Assembly (NCBI GenBank): GCA_040767085.1
Contig: JAXGPF010000013.1
Span: forward strand, 64,001-128,000
Source: Kiritimatiellia bacterium
GTDB lineage: Bacteria; Verrucomicrobiota; Kiritimatiellia; JAAZAB01
Length of the DNA: 64,000 bases
Reading direction: 5' to 3'
Both the position numbers and the translations under genes were made by a program. The notes beneath the pieces are model-generated. The model made no database searches, was not told the DNA's origin, and saw only the letters and a list, made by a program, of their open reading frames with translations. Shown here one piece after another: positions 30,101 to 38,398 of the stretch. Numbering within the stretch: position 1 is the first letter of the stretch; every line of letters starts with the position of its first letter.

Positions 30101-30662
30101 GGCGCGCGAACTGCTGGAATACGACGGGTTCGCCCTGCGGGCGATCTGGCGGATTCAGGATTGGTGGCATGCCAGCGCGCTGGGCGCTTTTTCCGTCTTT
30201 GAGGATGATAATTCGCACCTGCACGCCAATATTGAAAACCTCTGGCGGATGTCGCCCCGGCACAATGTCTGGTTCGGCTTGCATGACTCCGTGGATACGG
30301 TGGACCGGAAAAGCGATTTGTACTGGACACCCTACTGGGACCAGCGGCATTACCTGGTGCTGCGGCTGAGCCAGAGCTATCCGAATTACACCGGCGCCGT
30401 GCGGTTTCATCTGGGTTTGCAGAAAGACAAGGCGCGCCAGGAAGACTTGGATGCCTACAACACCGCCAAGGCCAGCGCCGAGAAGGGCGGCTGGTATCCC
30501 GGCAGCAATCCCCAGCAGGATTGGGCTTCGCTGCTGGGCTTGGGCGTAACCCTCTCGCGCCGGTGGGCCAGCGGCTGGGATTTGACCGCGGAATTCTCCG
30601 TGAATGCCATCCGCGATTACACCGAACACACGCTGGGCGGCCGGCTGATGTACCGGTTTTGA
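27108..30662 (+). CDS. Secreted TPR + polysaccharide deacetylase (CE4-like) + C-terminal beta-barrel fusion protein
   Basis: Signal peptide; many TPRs; LLYHGI, VTMDDA, QSH, VAYPVG; amphipathic beta-strands ending in YRF. Confidence 0.75.
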   Translation: MGPRWIWACLGWFGAAAAPAALAQDAAAPSSNPPPAIATEAAAAAGGPAVAAAPTNLAPVSAIDAGGRMRAKLYEAMLNVQDKQYEAAIPKLEAVITEDPTLLEAWSTLGWAYWALDRKKEAAALWQRLVNIAPNEPMGYSLMAQVAVHDGDLSRAEELYRKSLALNPDQYEMRISLARVLLWSGKTGQASKDLRRLLDEDPDRLDVEIDLAWAMYANEEYEDVLDVWNHINEVVPDQPGYMVARAQVLLLIGSLTEAESEARRILEIDPDNRDAFNLLANLAMRARRPEEAVDALRKVYDLAKKDDARARVALQIANYMKAVYDTDKTVFTLAQCLEAARDAYQLDPENVSVKLFYGELMTADRQFGPAEEIFQSVLRENNPFNLRAHTDLVQILLARMQLDAAEKKMNDNLRLFNANNPYRHLFWAQLHFARGNTPAAMDALERLEREGSAGAVFTLLYHGISPSEWGDVPSVRQFREHLMVLRRAGFKFITPSQFDDYFAKHAKPPPVEEPRPLLNRAVQGLRHAWSGQRTETTPRLSDYTPDLTVCVTMDDALRNSLRYGNFVAEELQVPLTMFLPVGNVLKHDTYTASFQEIREYQASGLWELQSHLMQASYTAMTNRQGREVNPLPNLIWLPEKKRQESLREYHARLRHEFRDSRRILARELGLEESALNAVAYPVGDIGQETSCNIDVFNVPEVILNEAEVSYRMGFIQDEFGYSMPSDNPMLYKRYEPKRFTTGREVYRAAMRNHPVFCARRMRAEIAALSGQLHLAQEMVQLLKRDGYPEEDLAVINALVQKHVARLMPPPETAPGHDIHKEAFLEPREPFLAAEGDYTKANVMIESWHGGAAAGLNVNPRLSLEVRAGVGGIKQTVKSNMVVKVEQTSESSSYSDITIITDGETSQQQQYSTTITTVMLQSNKVTEYKYKADEQMIGAALNYIHAHGANTIMDLRYRSFKGDEFEDNTGAVAGALEHQWRPVPAFDTSVRYQHDLVPSARELLEYDGFALRAIWRIQDWWHASALGAFSVFEDDNSHLHANIENLWRMSPRHNVWFGLHDSVDTVDRKSDLYWTPYWDQRHYLVLRLSQSYPNYTGAVRFHLGLQKDKARQEDLDAYNTAKASAEKGGWYPGSNPQQDWASLLGLGVTLSRRWASGWDLTAEFSVNAIRDYTEHTLGGRLMYRF

Positions 30663-30669
30663 GTTGCCA

Positions 30670-33600
30670 TTACTCAAACAGCACTATGCCGTCTTGGGCG
30701 TTTTCAGCGGAAGCGGTGTCCGCCGCCGCTTCCGCCTGCCCGGCGGCTGCCGGAGCGATCAGCGGCAGGGTCCGCATGCGGCGGGGCCCGGCAAACATGC
30801 CGCTGAACGGGCAGAATTCCCGGACTTCGGCCATGCCCTGGTCTTTGTCAATGCGCATGACCATGATGGTCAGGCCGGTGCCCAGCAGGCGGCGTTCGAG
30901 TTGCTCGCACCATTCCGCGCCCGGCATCCGGCTGACCAACAGGGTAAAGCCGTTCAGCTCCAACCCTTGCGCCACGGCGAGCATGTCCGGTATTTTCAGC
31001 GTACGCAGCACGGCCGCGCGCACGCAGGGCAGCAGGCGAATCTGGTAATAGCGGCAGAGAATCCGCAAGTCCGTGAAATCGCCGGTGATTTCACGCCGGA
31101 TCGCGCCGTCTTCCTCCTGTGCGAACCAGGGCGGGGCGATGGCGTTCATGGCGCGCGTCCATGGCTGCAGGGCTTGAATGCAATCGGCATCGGTCCAGGT
31201 TTGTTCCCGGGGTTGGAATACTCCCACGCGGGCCGGCAGCGGTCCGCCGGCGACTTCCCGGAGATGGGCTTGTGCCACGCCGAATTGGGGTGACCAGGGC
31301 GCCAGACCCCACCAGCCCAAACCGAGCTCCGGCGGGATCGACAGGGGCGCGCCGAAGGCCGCCTGGTTGTTGATGTAACCCGACGCGCCGCCGCCGCGCA
31401 ATTCCAGTCGCAGCCGCACGCTTCCCGGCGGCTTGGTCCAAACGCGAGTCTGGTTGGCGACCGTCTGGCCGTTGCGCCAGATTTGCAGGTAAAGCTGGCC
31501 CACTTGTTCGTAACCGAAGCGGATCATGTTGCCGTCCCCCCGCCGGGCATAGAGCCAGAAAAATCCGCGCGCGTCTTCCAGGAGGGCCTCGATGAAACCG
31601 CTGTGCATCGTGTCGGAGCCGATCAGCCGCAGCACCGCTTCCGTCTGGGCCGGCGCGGCGGTCAGCAGCGGCGCTTGATCCTCACGATCGGCGGGGTCGC
31701 CGAAGACGATCCAATCGTCCGAGATGCGGCTGGCGTTGAATTCTTCGCGGGCGGGAGCGGCGCGCGGCAGCAGCGCGGCGGCGGCAGCGCGCTGCGCGGC
31801 ATTGGATGATTGTATGGCCAAGTCGTCGAGATAGTTCATGAGCGGCCATGATTCCGGCCAGCGCAGCAGGTTCCAGCGTTCGATGGTCTGGAGCATTTGG
31901 CGCTCCATGACGGGGTTAGCGCCGATCTTGATGATTTCCCGGAGGTTGTCGAAACGATCCGCCGGCGTCGGCAGCAGGCGGTGCATCAGGCCGCGCGCGT
32001 CCAGGTCGCCCGGGTTGTCGCGTATAAGCCGCCGGATTTTTTCCGTCGCGGCCGCCGGTTGCTTGTGAAAAATCAGCCGTTCCGCCTGCGCCAGGATGAT
32101 ATCCGGGTTATCGGGGAACAGGCGCTCGTACAAATCCAGCATTTCCCGGGCCTCGTCCCCGCGCTGCGCCTTGTCATACAGCAGGCGCGCACAACGCACC
32201 ACCAGATCGATCTGGCCGGGATTCTGTTCCAGGCTGGCGCTATAAGCGTCGATCGCGAGGCCGATTTCATTCTGTTGCAGGTAGACATCGCCGATCAGGG
32301 CCATCGGTTCGGCATTGCGCGGGTCCAGCGCGGCCCATTGCCGCCAGATTTTGACGGCGTTGTCGAAGTCGCCCCGCTGCAGTGCGGCGTAGCCTTCCTC
32401 GCGCAGGAGCGTGGCGCTGGCATCATCCGCCGCGCGGGGGTCCACGGCGTCGCCGCCGGTCAGTTCATGGAAGACAACCCGGCGGTCGCCCTGGCCGGGG
32501 GCGGCCGTGGCGGCCGCGATCAACCGGCTGAAGCCATTGGTGCGCGACGTTTGCAGCAGGGGCGAGTCGGCCGCCACCGCCACCGACAAGTTGCTCAGGC
32601 CCTGGAACAGTGACGCCAGCGCGGGCGCTTTTTCCCAAATGGGCGGTAAGCGCGCGATCAAGGTCAGGCCGCGTTCATCCAAGGCCTGGCTGAACAACTG
32701 CAGCCAGGTGGTGATCCGGGAAAGCGGCACGGCTTCATCCAGTTGGCTGAGATTGCATAGCACGCCCTGCGCCGGCAGGCCGGCGGCGGCGCCGGCAATT
32801 TCGCCGGACAGGCCGTTTTCGAAGCCATCCAGGTTTTCCATGACGATTTCCGGCTGGAATTCCAGGCGATGAATCCGGGCGACGGTGCTGTAAAATTCGG
32901 CATCCCAGCCGAATTGTTCGGCATGGCCGCTGGCAAACACCCTTAACCAGGGAGGGGAAAAATGCGTGTAACGGAAGGCGTTGCGGCTGAGCCAGTAGGC
33001 CAGGGCGGTGTCGCGGCTGCCGGCCGGGTTGAAGGTGATTAACGCCGGTGCGGCCGGCGCGAGGTCCAGGGCGGCGATTTCCGCGCTGGCATGCCCGCGC
33101 CGGGGATGCCAGAGGCTGCAGCCGACCATGCCGGGGCGGATGTCCCCGCGGGTGAAAATGATTTCCTGGAAGATCGGGTGGCCGCCGGCCGTGGCGAAAA
33201 ACAGGCGGTCTCGCAGATAAACATCCAGTTGCGCTTCGCCGTCCGGCCGGGGGGTATAGCGCCCGGCGCCCAGGGTGAAGGGCTGCATGCCGGCGTGTTT
33301 CTGGCGGAGCCAGGCTTCTCCTTCCGGGGTCAGCACGAGGTACAGGTATGATTCGCCGTCAGGCGAGGCGCGGAAAAACATGCCGAACTGTCCGGCCGTG
33401 ATGCGCACCTGCAGGCGCAGGTGAAAGTCATTGTAGAGGTCGCTGCCGTTCAGCCAGACCTTGGCGCCGGTCGTGTCGGGCCGGGCTTGCAGGACGGCGG
33501 AGTTCCCCGTGAGCTTGAAATCCCCCCAATCCAGCAGCCAGGCAAGAGGGGTCTCCATGATTTGCGGGCTGGCGTAACCGGTCTTCCTGGGCCAGGCATG

Positions 33601-34596
33601 TTCCAGCCGCTGCAGCAGGTCGTCCGCCGTCCAGTCCGAATGCACCAACAGGCGGTTCAAGCGCCGGGGATCGTTGTACCGGGTGTTCAGGGCAGTGTTG
33701 CCGTGGATGAAGCCCAGGTCATAGAAATGGGATATCAGGTCCAGGTTCAGCCGGCGGGTAAACACCGCGCGTTCGTCGTACTGCCCGAAATCGCCGTAGG
33801 GGAAGGCGTAGGCGGCAGGTTGGAGGCCAAGTTCGCCGGAGATGATTTTGCGGCATTGCTGGTGATCGTCCAGCAGGCGCTGGCGGAAAGCTTCCGGCGT
33901 TTCGTAGCGCATTTCTCCGGGAAACCAGCGCGGGGTGGTCATGAAATTCCGACGCTCGCCGGCGCTGTTGGCCAGGACCGTTTCGAAACCCTGGTGGCTC
34001 TGGGCGCCGGCTTCCCAGGCGCCGCCGCGCAGCATGGCGCGGACATACGGCCAGCGCAGCGCCGAGGGATCCTCATCGAGGATGGGCTTGGTCCACAGGA
34101 ACATGACAGCCGTCCAGCCGGCGCGCTGCAGAACGCGGCGCGCATCGAAATACGATGATTTGCGGGAGTGGTCGAACGTCATCAGGATGGCCTTGCGGGG
34201 CAGAGGCCGGTTTTCGCGGTAAAACGCCGTGATGTCCCGCAGCGTGATCGGGTGGTACCCGGCGGTCTGTAAGGCCGCCATTTGCATGCGGAAACGCTCG
34301 GGGGTAACTTCGCCGGGAATGGTGGAAATGCCCTCGTAAGCCAGCGCTACGAACTCGTGCGCATCGCGCGGGCCGGCATCCGCCGGTCGGAACATCAGGA
34401 AACGCGTCAAGGCGTAGCGGAGGGGCACCCACCAGGCGACCGCCAGGCAGATGGCCAGCAGGAAATACAGCCAGGCTTGCCGGTAACTGGCTTTCAGCGC
34501 CTGGACGCGCGCCGGGGCGATCGGCAATTTGTCGGCAAACCTGGGCGGGTGCCCCGGGTTTGCCTGTTCGTCGCTGCGATTGCTTTCGAGTTTCAT
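30670..34596 (-). CDS. Membrane-anchored degenerate polysaccharide deacetylase + (beta-sandwich/GH18-like) x2 + TPR protein
   Basis: The real start is likely MKLES at 34596 (ATGA overlap with the GT2 stop); TM; GYHPITL..PLPRKAILMTFDHS; AYAFPYG; TPRs; internal duplication. Confidence 0.75.
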   Translation of the reverse strand: MKLESNRSDEQANPGHPPRFADKLPIAPARVQALKASYRQAWLYFLLAICLAVAWWVPLRYALTRFLMFRPADAGPRDAHEFVALAYEGISTIPGEVTPERFRMQMAALQTAGYHPITLRDITAFYRENRPLPRKAILMTFDHSRKSSYFDARRVLQRAGWTAVMFLWTKPILDEDPSALRWPYVRAMLRGGAWEAGAQSHQGFETVLANSAGERRNFMTTPRWFPGEMRYETPEAFRQRLLDDHQQCRKIISGELGLQPAAYAFPYGDFGQYDERAVFTRRLNLDLISHFYDLGFIHGNTALNTRYNDPRRLNRLLVHSDWTADDLLQRLEHAWPRKTGYASPQIMETPLAWLLDWGDFKLTGNSAVLQARPDTTGAKVWLNGSDLYNDFHLRLQVRITAGQFGMFFRASPDGESYLYLVLTPEGEAWLRQKHAGMQPFTLGAGRYTPRPDGEAQLDVYLRDRLFFATAGGHPIFQEIIFTRGDIRPGMVGCSLWHPRRGHASAEIAALDLAPAAPALITFNPAGSRDTALAYWLSRNAFRYTHFSPPWLRVFASGHAEQFGWDAEFYSTVARIHRLEFQPEIVMENLDGFENGLSGEIAGAAAGLPAQGVLCNLSQLDEAVPLSRITTWLQLFSQALDERGLTLIARLPPIWEKAPALASLFQGLSNLSVAVAADSPLLQTSRTNGFSRLIAAATAAPGQGDRRVVFHELTGGDAVDPRAADDASATLLREEGYAALQRGDFDNAVKIWRQWAALDPRNAEPMALIGDVYLQQNEIGLAIDAYSASLEQNPGQIDLVVRCARLLYDKAQRGDEAREMLDLYERLFPDNPDIILAQAERLIFHKQPAAATEKIRRLIRDNPGDLDARGLMHRLLPTPADRFDNLREIIKIGANPVMERQMLQTIERWNLLRWPESWPLMNYLDDLAIQSSNAAQRAAAAALLPRAAPAREEFNASRISDDWIVFGDPADREDQAPLLTAAPAQTEAVLRLIGSDTMHSGFIEALLEDARGFFWLYARRGDGNMIRFGYEQVGQLYLQIWRNGQTVANQTRVWTKPPGSVRLRLELRGGGASGYINNQAAFGAPLSIPPELGLGWWGLAPWSPQFGVAQAHLREVAGGPLPARVGVFQPREQTWTDADCIQALQPWTRAMNAIAPPWFAQEEDGAIRREITGDFTDLRILCRYYQIRLLPCVRAAVLRTLKIPDMLAVAQGLELNGFTLLVSRMPGAEWCEQLERRLLGTGLTIMVMRIDKDQGMAEVREFCPFSGMFAGPRRMRTLPLIAPAAAGQAEAAADTASAENAQDGIVLFE

Positions 34597-36086
34597 CCGG
34601 CCCCCCGCGTGCCCCATTTGCCATGGGAAAGGGTGATCAAGGCGTAATAAATCTGCCAACTGAAAAATGCGACATAGGTGAGCGTAAACACGAATCCCGC
34701 CCACCAATGCGTGCGGCCTGTTTTCTGCAGGTGGTAAAGCGACCAAATCAGCGTCATGGCCAGCACGCCGACGGCGTATGAAAGCGTCACGCCGCCGGTC
34801 GCCAGCGGCGCGAAGACGAGGGCCTGCAGGATGATAAACGGCTCGATTACCGGCAAAAACATCATGGCGTACCAGGACATCGCCGGCACGGGATGCTTGC
34901 GCCAGATGAATTTCGTGGCGGCGGCCATGCCGCGCAGGGAGGAGCGCATCCAGCGCGCCTGCTGCCGGGTGTATTGCCGCCAATTTTCGGGGACAATGGT
35001 GGTGGCCAGGGCGTCGTCGTCGTACAGGATCCGGTAATCGCGCAGCACCAGGTTGGTCAGGCTGCGGTCGTCGCCGTAGCGGCCTTCCACGCCGAATACC
35101 TTTTCGTTCATCCACTCCTCCATCACGTGCAGGACGCAGACGCGGCGGTAGGCGGAGAAGCAGCCCGGCAGGCAACTGACCATGCCGAAGATGCTTTCAG
35201 ATGCTTTCATGATTTTATACGAGAAGAAATAGCGCACATCCTGCATCTTGGTCAGCACGTTGACGCGGGCATTTTCCACGTCCGTATGTCCGGCAATGCC
35301 GCCCACCATCGGGTCAATGAAGCCCTGCACCAGTTTGCTGACGGCGCCGGGCATCAGGAAGGTGTCGGAATCCACGAAAACGATGATATCGCCGCGCGCC
35401 AGCAGGGCGGCGCAGGACATGCCGTAGGACAGGCCGCGGTTAAACTCGAAATCCACCACCACCAGGCGCGGGAAACGCGCCTGGGCGCGCATCATTTCCT
35501 CCAGGGTGCGGTCGGTGGAGCCGTCATTGACGGCGATGACTTCCAGCAAATCCGCGGGGTAGCCCTCGGCGTAAACCCGGGCGATCGAGCGCGCGATGGC
35601 TTTTTCCTCGTTCATGCAGGGGATGGCCACGGTGGTGGCCGGCTGGAACCCCACGCGGGGCGGCGGCGTATAAAAGGCGGCGAAAATGAAGCGGGAAACA
35701 ATGAAGATGCCGACGGCCAAGCTGTAGATATTGACTGTGGGCGCGTACCAGTAATGCTCCAGGTTGGTGATTTGAATGTACACCGCCGCGGTCAGCAGCA
35801 GGGTGCAGATCAGGCCGAGGCCCAACACCACCCAGATGGGCGGCTTGTTATATAGAAATTTACGGCGCTCGTCCGCGTGGGCTTCCTGGGCCAGTTCGAC
35901 GGGGGGCGGAGGCGTGAATGTGGAAAAGGCTAGCGCGCCGCGGCAGAAAGGACAGACCGCCGGCGCCGGCGCCTCGATGACGCTGATCGAGAGCCGGCAG
36001 GCGGGGCATCGGGCTTTGATGCCGGTGGCTCCGGCCGTTCCGGCCGATCCCGAATGGTTGCCAGGCTGGCGGATGAAAGAAGTCAT
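34593..36086 (-). CDS. Processive GT2 glycosyltransferase (hyaluronan synthase/NodC/chitin synthase-like) with an N-terminal CxxC-CxxC ribbon
   Basis: NDGSTD, VDSDT, CLPGCFSAYR, GDDRSLTN, QQARW; 2 N-terminal and several C-terminal TMs. Confidence 0.9.
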   Translation of the reverse strand: MTSFIRQPGNHSGSAGTAGATGIKARCPACRLSISVIEAPAPAVCPFCRGALAFSTFTPPPPVELAQEAHADERRKFLYNKPPIWVVLGLGLICTLLLTAAVYIQITNLEHYWYAPTVNIYSLAVGIFIVSRFIFAAFYTPPPRVGFQPATTVAIPCMNEEKAIARSIARVYAEGYPADLLEVIAVNDGSTDRTLEEMMRAQARFPRLVVVDFEFNRGLSYGMSCAALLARGDIIVFVDSDTFLMPGAVSKLVQGFIDPMVGGIAGHTDVENARVNVLTKMQDVRYFFSYKIMKASESIFGMVSCLPGCFSAYRRVCVLHVMEEWMNEKVFGVEGRYGDDRSLTNLVLRDYRILYDDDALATTIVPENWRQYTRQQARWMRSSLRGMAAATKFIWRKHPVPAMSWYAMMFLPVIEPFIILQALVFAPLATGGVTLSYAVGVLAMTLIWSLYHLQKTGRTHWWAGFVFTLTYVAFFSWQIYYALITLSHGKWGTRGAG

Positions 36087-38398
36087 AAAAGCAATACGGC
36101 GTTTGGCGCTTCAGGATCAATGGGCGAATTTTCCTCCACCGCGGATGTCGCCGGCGGTTCGATCGCAGGCAGCATGCGGGTGCGCCGCGGGGCGGGGAAC
36201 AAGCCGACATGCGCGCAAATCTCCCGCACGAGGGCGGATGGCTGGTTTTCGTCCAGCAGGACGATCATCAGCGTCAGGGTGGTATTCAGCAGGGTTTGCT
36301 CGGCGGCGGCCAGCCAGGCCGGGTCCGGCATCTTCTGCACCAGGAGCGTCAAGCCGTCGGTGCGGTTGGAGTGCGCCAGTGCGATCAACTGACCGAGTTC
36401 CAACCGGCGCGGGTCGCCGACTGCCACGGATGGCAGCAGGCGTACGCGGTAATACCGGCACAGCAGCCGCAAATCCAGATTCGCATTTGTTTTGATTTCG
36501 GCGATGGCGCCGTCCGGTTGCTGGCGGTACCAGGCCGGCGCCAGCGCGCTGAGTTCGTGCATGCGGCTTTTCAGCCGCTGGATTTTGTCTTCCGGCAAGA
36601 CGTCCGAGTCATCCGGGGCGGCGGCGAGCATGCCGATGCGCACCGGCAAGGGCCCGCCCTGCAGCTGGCGGACGATGGCGCCGGCCGTCCCCGGCTGCTG
36701 GCTCCAGGGCGCGAAGCCCCACCAGCCCAGGCCCATGTCATGCGGGATCGAGAGGGGTGCCGTAAAGGCGGGCGCGCCATCCACGAAACCGAAGGCGCCG
36801 TCGCCGCGCAGTTCCAGGCGCAGCCGGGCCATGCCGGGCTGGCGGTACCAGACGCGGCTGTAATTGACCTGCAATTGGCCGTTGATCCAGTTCTGCAGGT
36901 AAATCCGTCCGTCTTCGTCAAAGCCGAACCGCGTCATGTTGCCCGATCCGCGGCGGGCGTAAATCCAGAAAAACCCCCGGTTGCTTTCGATCAGCGTTTC
37001 GATGAAACCGTTGGGCATGGACTCCGAACGGACCAGGCGCAGGGCCACCTCCGATTGCTTGAGGGCGGTGTTCAGGATCAGGCGGCCGTCCTGCAGCAGA
37101 TTTTCATCCTTCGACGCCTCCCAGTCGCGCGACATGCGGCCGTGCCGGAATTCCTCGATCGCCAGGGTCTGGCGGGGCAGGAGGGCGGAGAAAAACTGGC
37201 GCTGTTCGGGAGATGCCGCCTGGTCGGCCGCCTGCGCGATGAAATTCAACAGCATCCAGGATTCCGGGTGGATCAGCAAGTCGTGTTCGCGGATATTGGA
37301 CGCCAGTGCCGATGCCATGCCCGGACGTTCGGCCGTCGCCAGCATGGCGCGCATGTTGTCGAACCGCTCGCGCATGCTGGGCAGCAAGCCGTGCAGCAGG
37401 GTTCGGGCCTGCAGCTTGTCGGAGTCGGACTTGTCCATGCCGCCGTTAATCACCTGTTTGGCCAGGGCGCGGGCCTCATCGTAGCGGTGCCGCCGCACCA
37501 GCCAGGCGGCCTGGGCCAGTGTCACCATGGAGTTGTTCGGGAAAATCCGCGCGTAAAAATTGAGCAGGTCGCGCGCCGGTCCGGATTGCCCGGCGGCGTT
37601 ATCCAGCAGGCGCGCGCAGCGCGTGGCCAGTTCGATTTGACCCGGGTAGATGCGCAGGCTCAGGCGGTAACATTCCATGGCCTGCTCGATATTACCGGTG
37701 TGCAGGTGGACGTCGCCGATCAGCGACAGGGCATCGGTGTTTTCCGGCTCCAGTTCATGCCATTGCTTCCAGACTTTGATCGCATTGGTGAAATCGCCGG
37801 CGTTGAAGGCGTTCCATCCTTCCTGGCGCAGACCCTGCGCCCTTAGCTCGGTGGTCCAGGTTTCATTGGAGCTGGTAAAGCCGCATAATTCATAATACAA
37901 CGCCAGTTCCATGTCGCGGTAGGGTTCGGCGGTGCCGCCGTCGGAAGGCGGCAGGGCGGCGGTAACGGCCGCCCTGATCCAGGCGCCGGTGTAGCTTTCG
38001 TGCCCGTGGACCAGCAGATGCCAGGTGCCGGCCGCCGGCTGGTCCAGTTGAATGTCCTCCGCGTTGCCCAGCACAAAAGGGCGGCAATCGTAGGCATGCA
38101 GCGTAGGCGGGGCGGCATGGCGCAGGTACAAGTCCGCGTCGCCCTCGCCCCCGTCCATCGCAATCGCCAGACGGACCTGCCCGGTTGGCACGGCAATGAT
38201 GAATTGCTGGAACGAGCCCGCCGCGCCGGAGAGATTGGAAATCGTCTGGCCGGCTTGCAGCGCGCGCGGCGCGGCCGCGTTCTCCACGGCCGCGGCCGGC
38301 GGGGCGGTTTCCTGCTCGGCGCCGGCCAGGCGCATGGCCAGCCCGGCACATAACAGCCGGACGGCCGCGCGCATCAATATGGCTTTACTCTTGAGCAT
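36083..38398 (-). CDS. Secreted PPC-domain + TPR + beta-sandwich/GH18-like protein; paralog of the C-terminal half of 30670-34596
   Basis: GGEGDADLYLRH..YDCRPF..GNAE PPC motif; LRQEGWNAF..GDF..WKQW matches LREEGYAAL..GDF..WRQW; GFFWIYARRG, LGLGWWG shared. Confidence 0.75.
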   Translation of the reverse strand: MLKSKAILMRAAVRLLCAGLAMRLAGAEQETAPPAAAVENAAAPRALQAGQTISNLSGAAGSFQQFIIAVPTGQVRLAIAMDGGEGDADLYLRHAAPPTLHAYDCRPFVLGNAEDIQLDQPAAGTWHLLVHGHESYTGAWIRAAVTAALPPSDGGTAEPYRDMELALYYELCGFTSSNETWTTELRAQGLRQEGWNAFNAGDFTNAIKVWKQWHELEPENTDALSLIGDVHLHTGNIEQAMECYRLSLRIYPGQIELATRCARLLDNAAGQSGPARDLLNFYARIFPNNSMVTLAQAAWLVRRHRYDEARALAKQVINGGMDKSDSDKLQARTLLHGLLPSMRERFDNMRAMLATAERPGMASALASNIREHDLLIHPESWMLLNFIAQAADQAASPEQRQFFSALLPRQTLAIEEFRHGRMSRDWEASKDENLLQDGRLILNTALKQSEVALRLVRSESMPNGFIETLIESNRGFFWIYARRGSGNMTRFGFDEDGRIYLQNWINGQLQVNYSRVWYRQPGMARLRLELRGDGAFGFVDGAPAFTAPLSIPHDMGLGWWGFAPWSQQPGTAGAIVRQLQGGPLPVRIGMLAAAPDDSDVLPEDKIQRLKSRMHELSALAPAWYRQQPDGAIAEIKTNANLDLRLLCRYYRVRLLPSVAVGDPRRLELGQLIALAHSNRTDGLTLLVQKMPDPAWLAAAEQTLLNTTLTLMIVLLDENQPSALVREICAHVGLFPAPRRTRMLPAIEPPATSAVEENSPIDPEAPNAVLLL

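Noticed and set aside
34597-35175. 193-aa N-terminal extension of the 1501-aa ORF
   Set aside because: It overlaps the GT2 gene out of frame and is Arg-rich junk; the ATGA-coupled start at 34596 is more plausible
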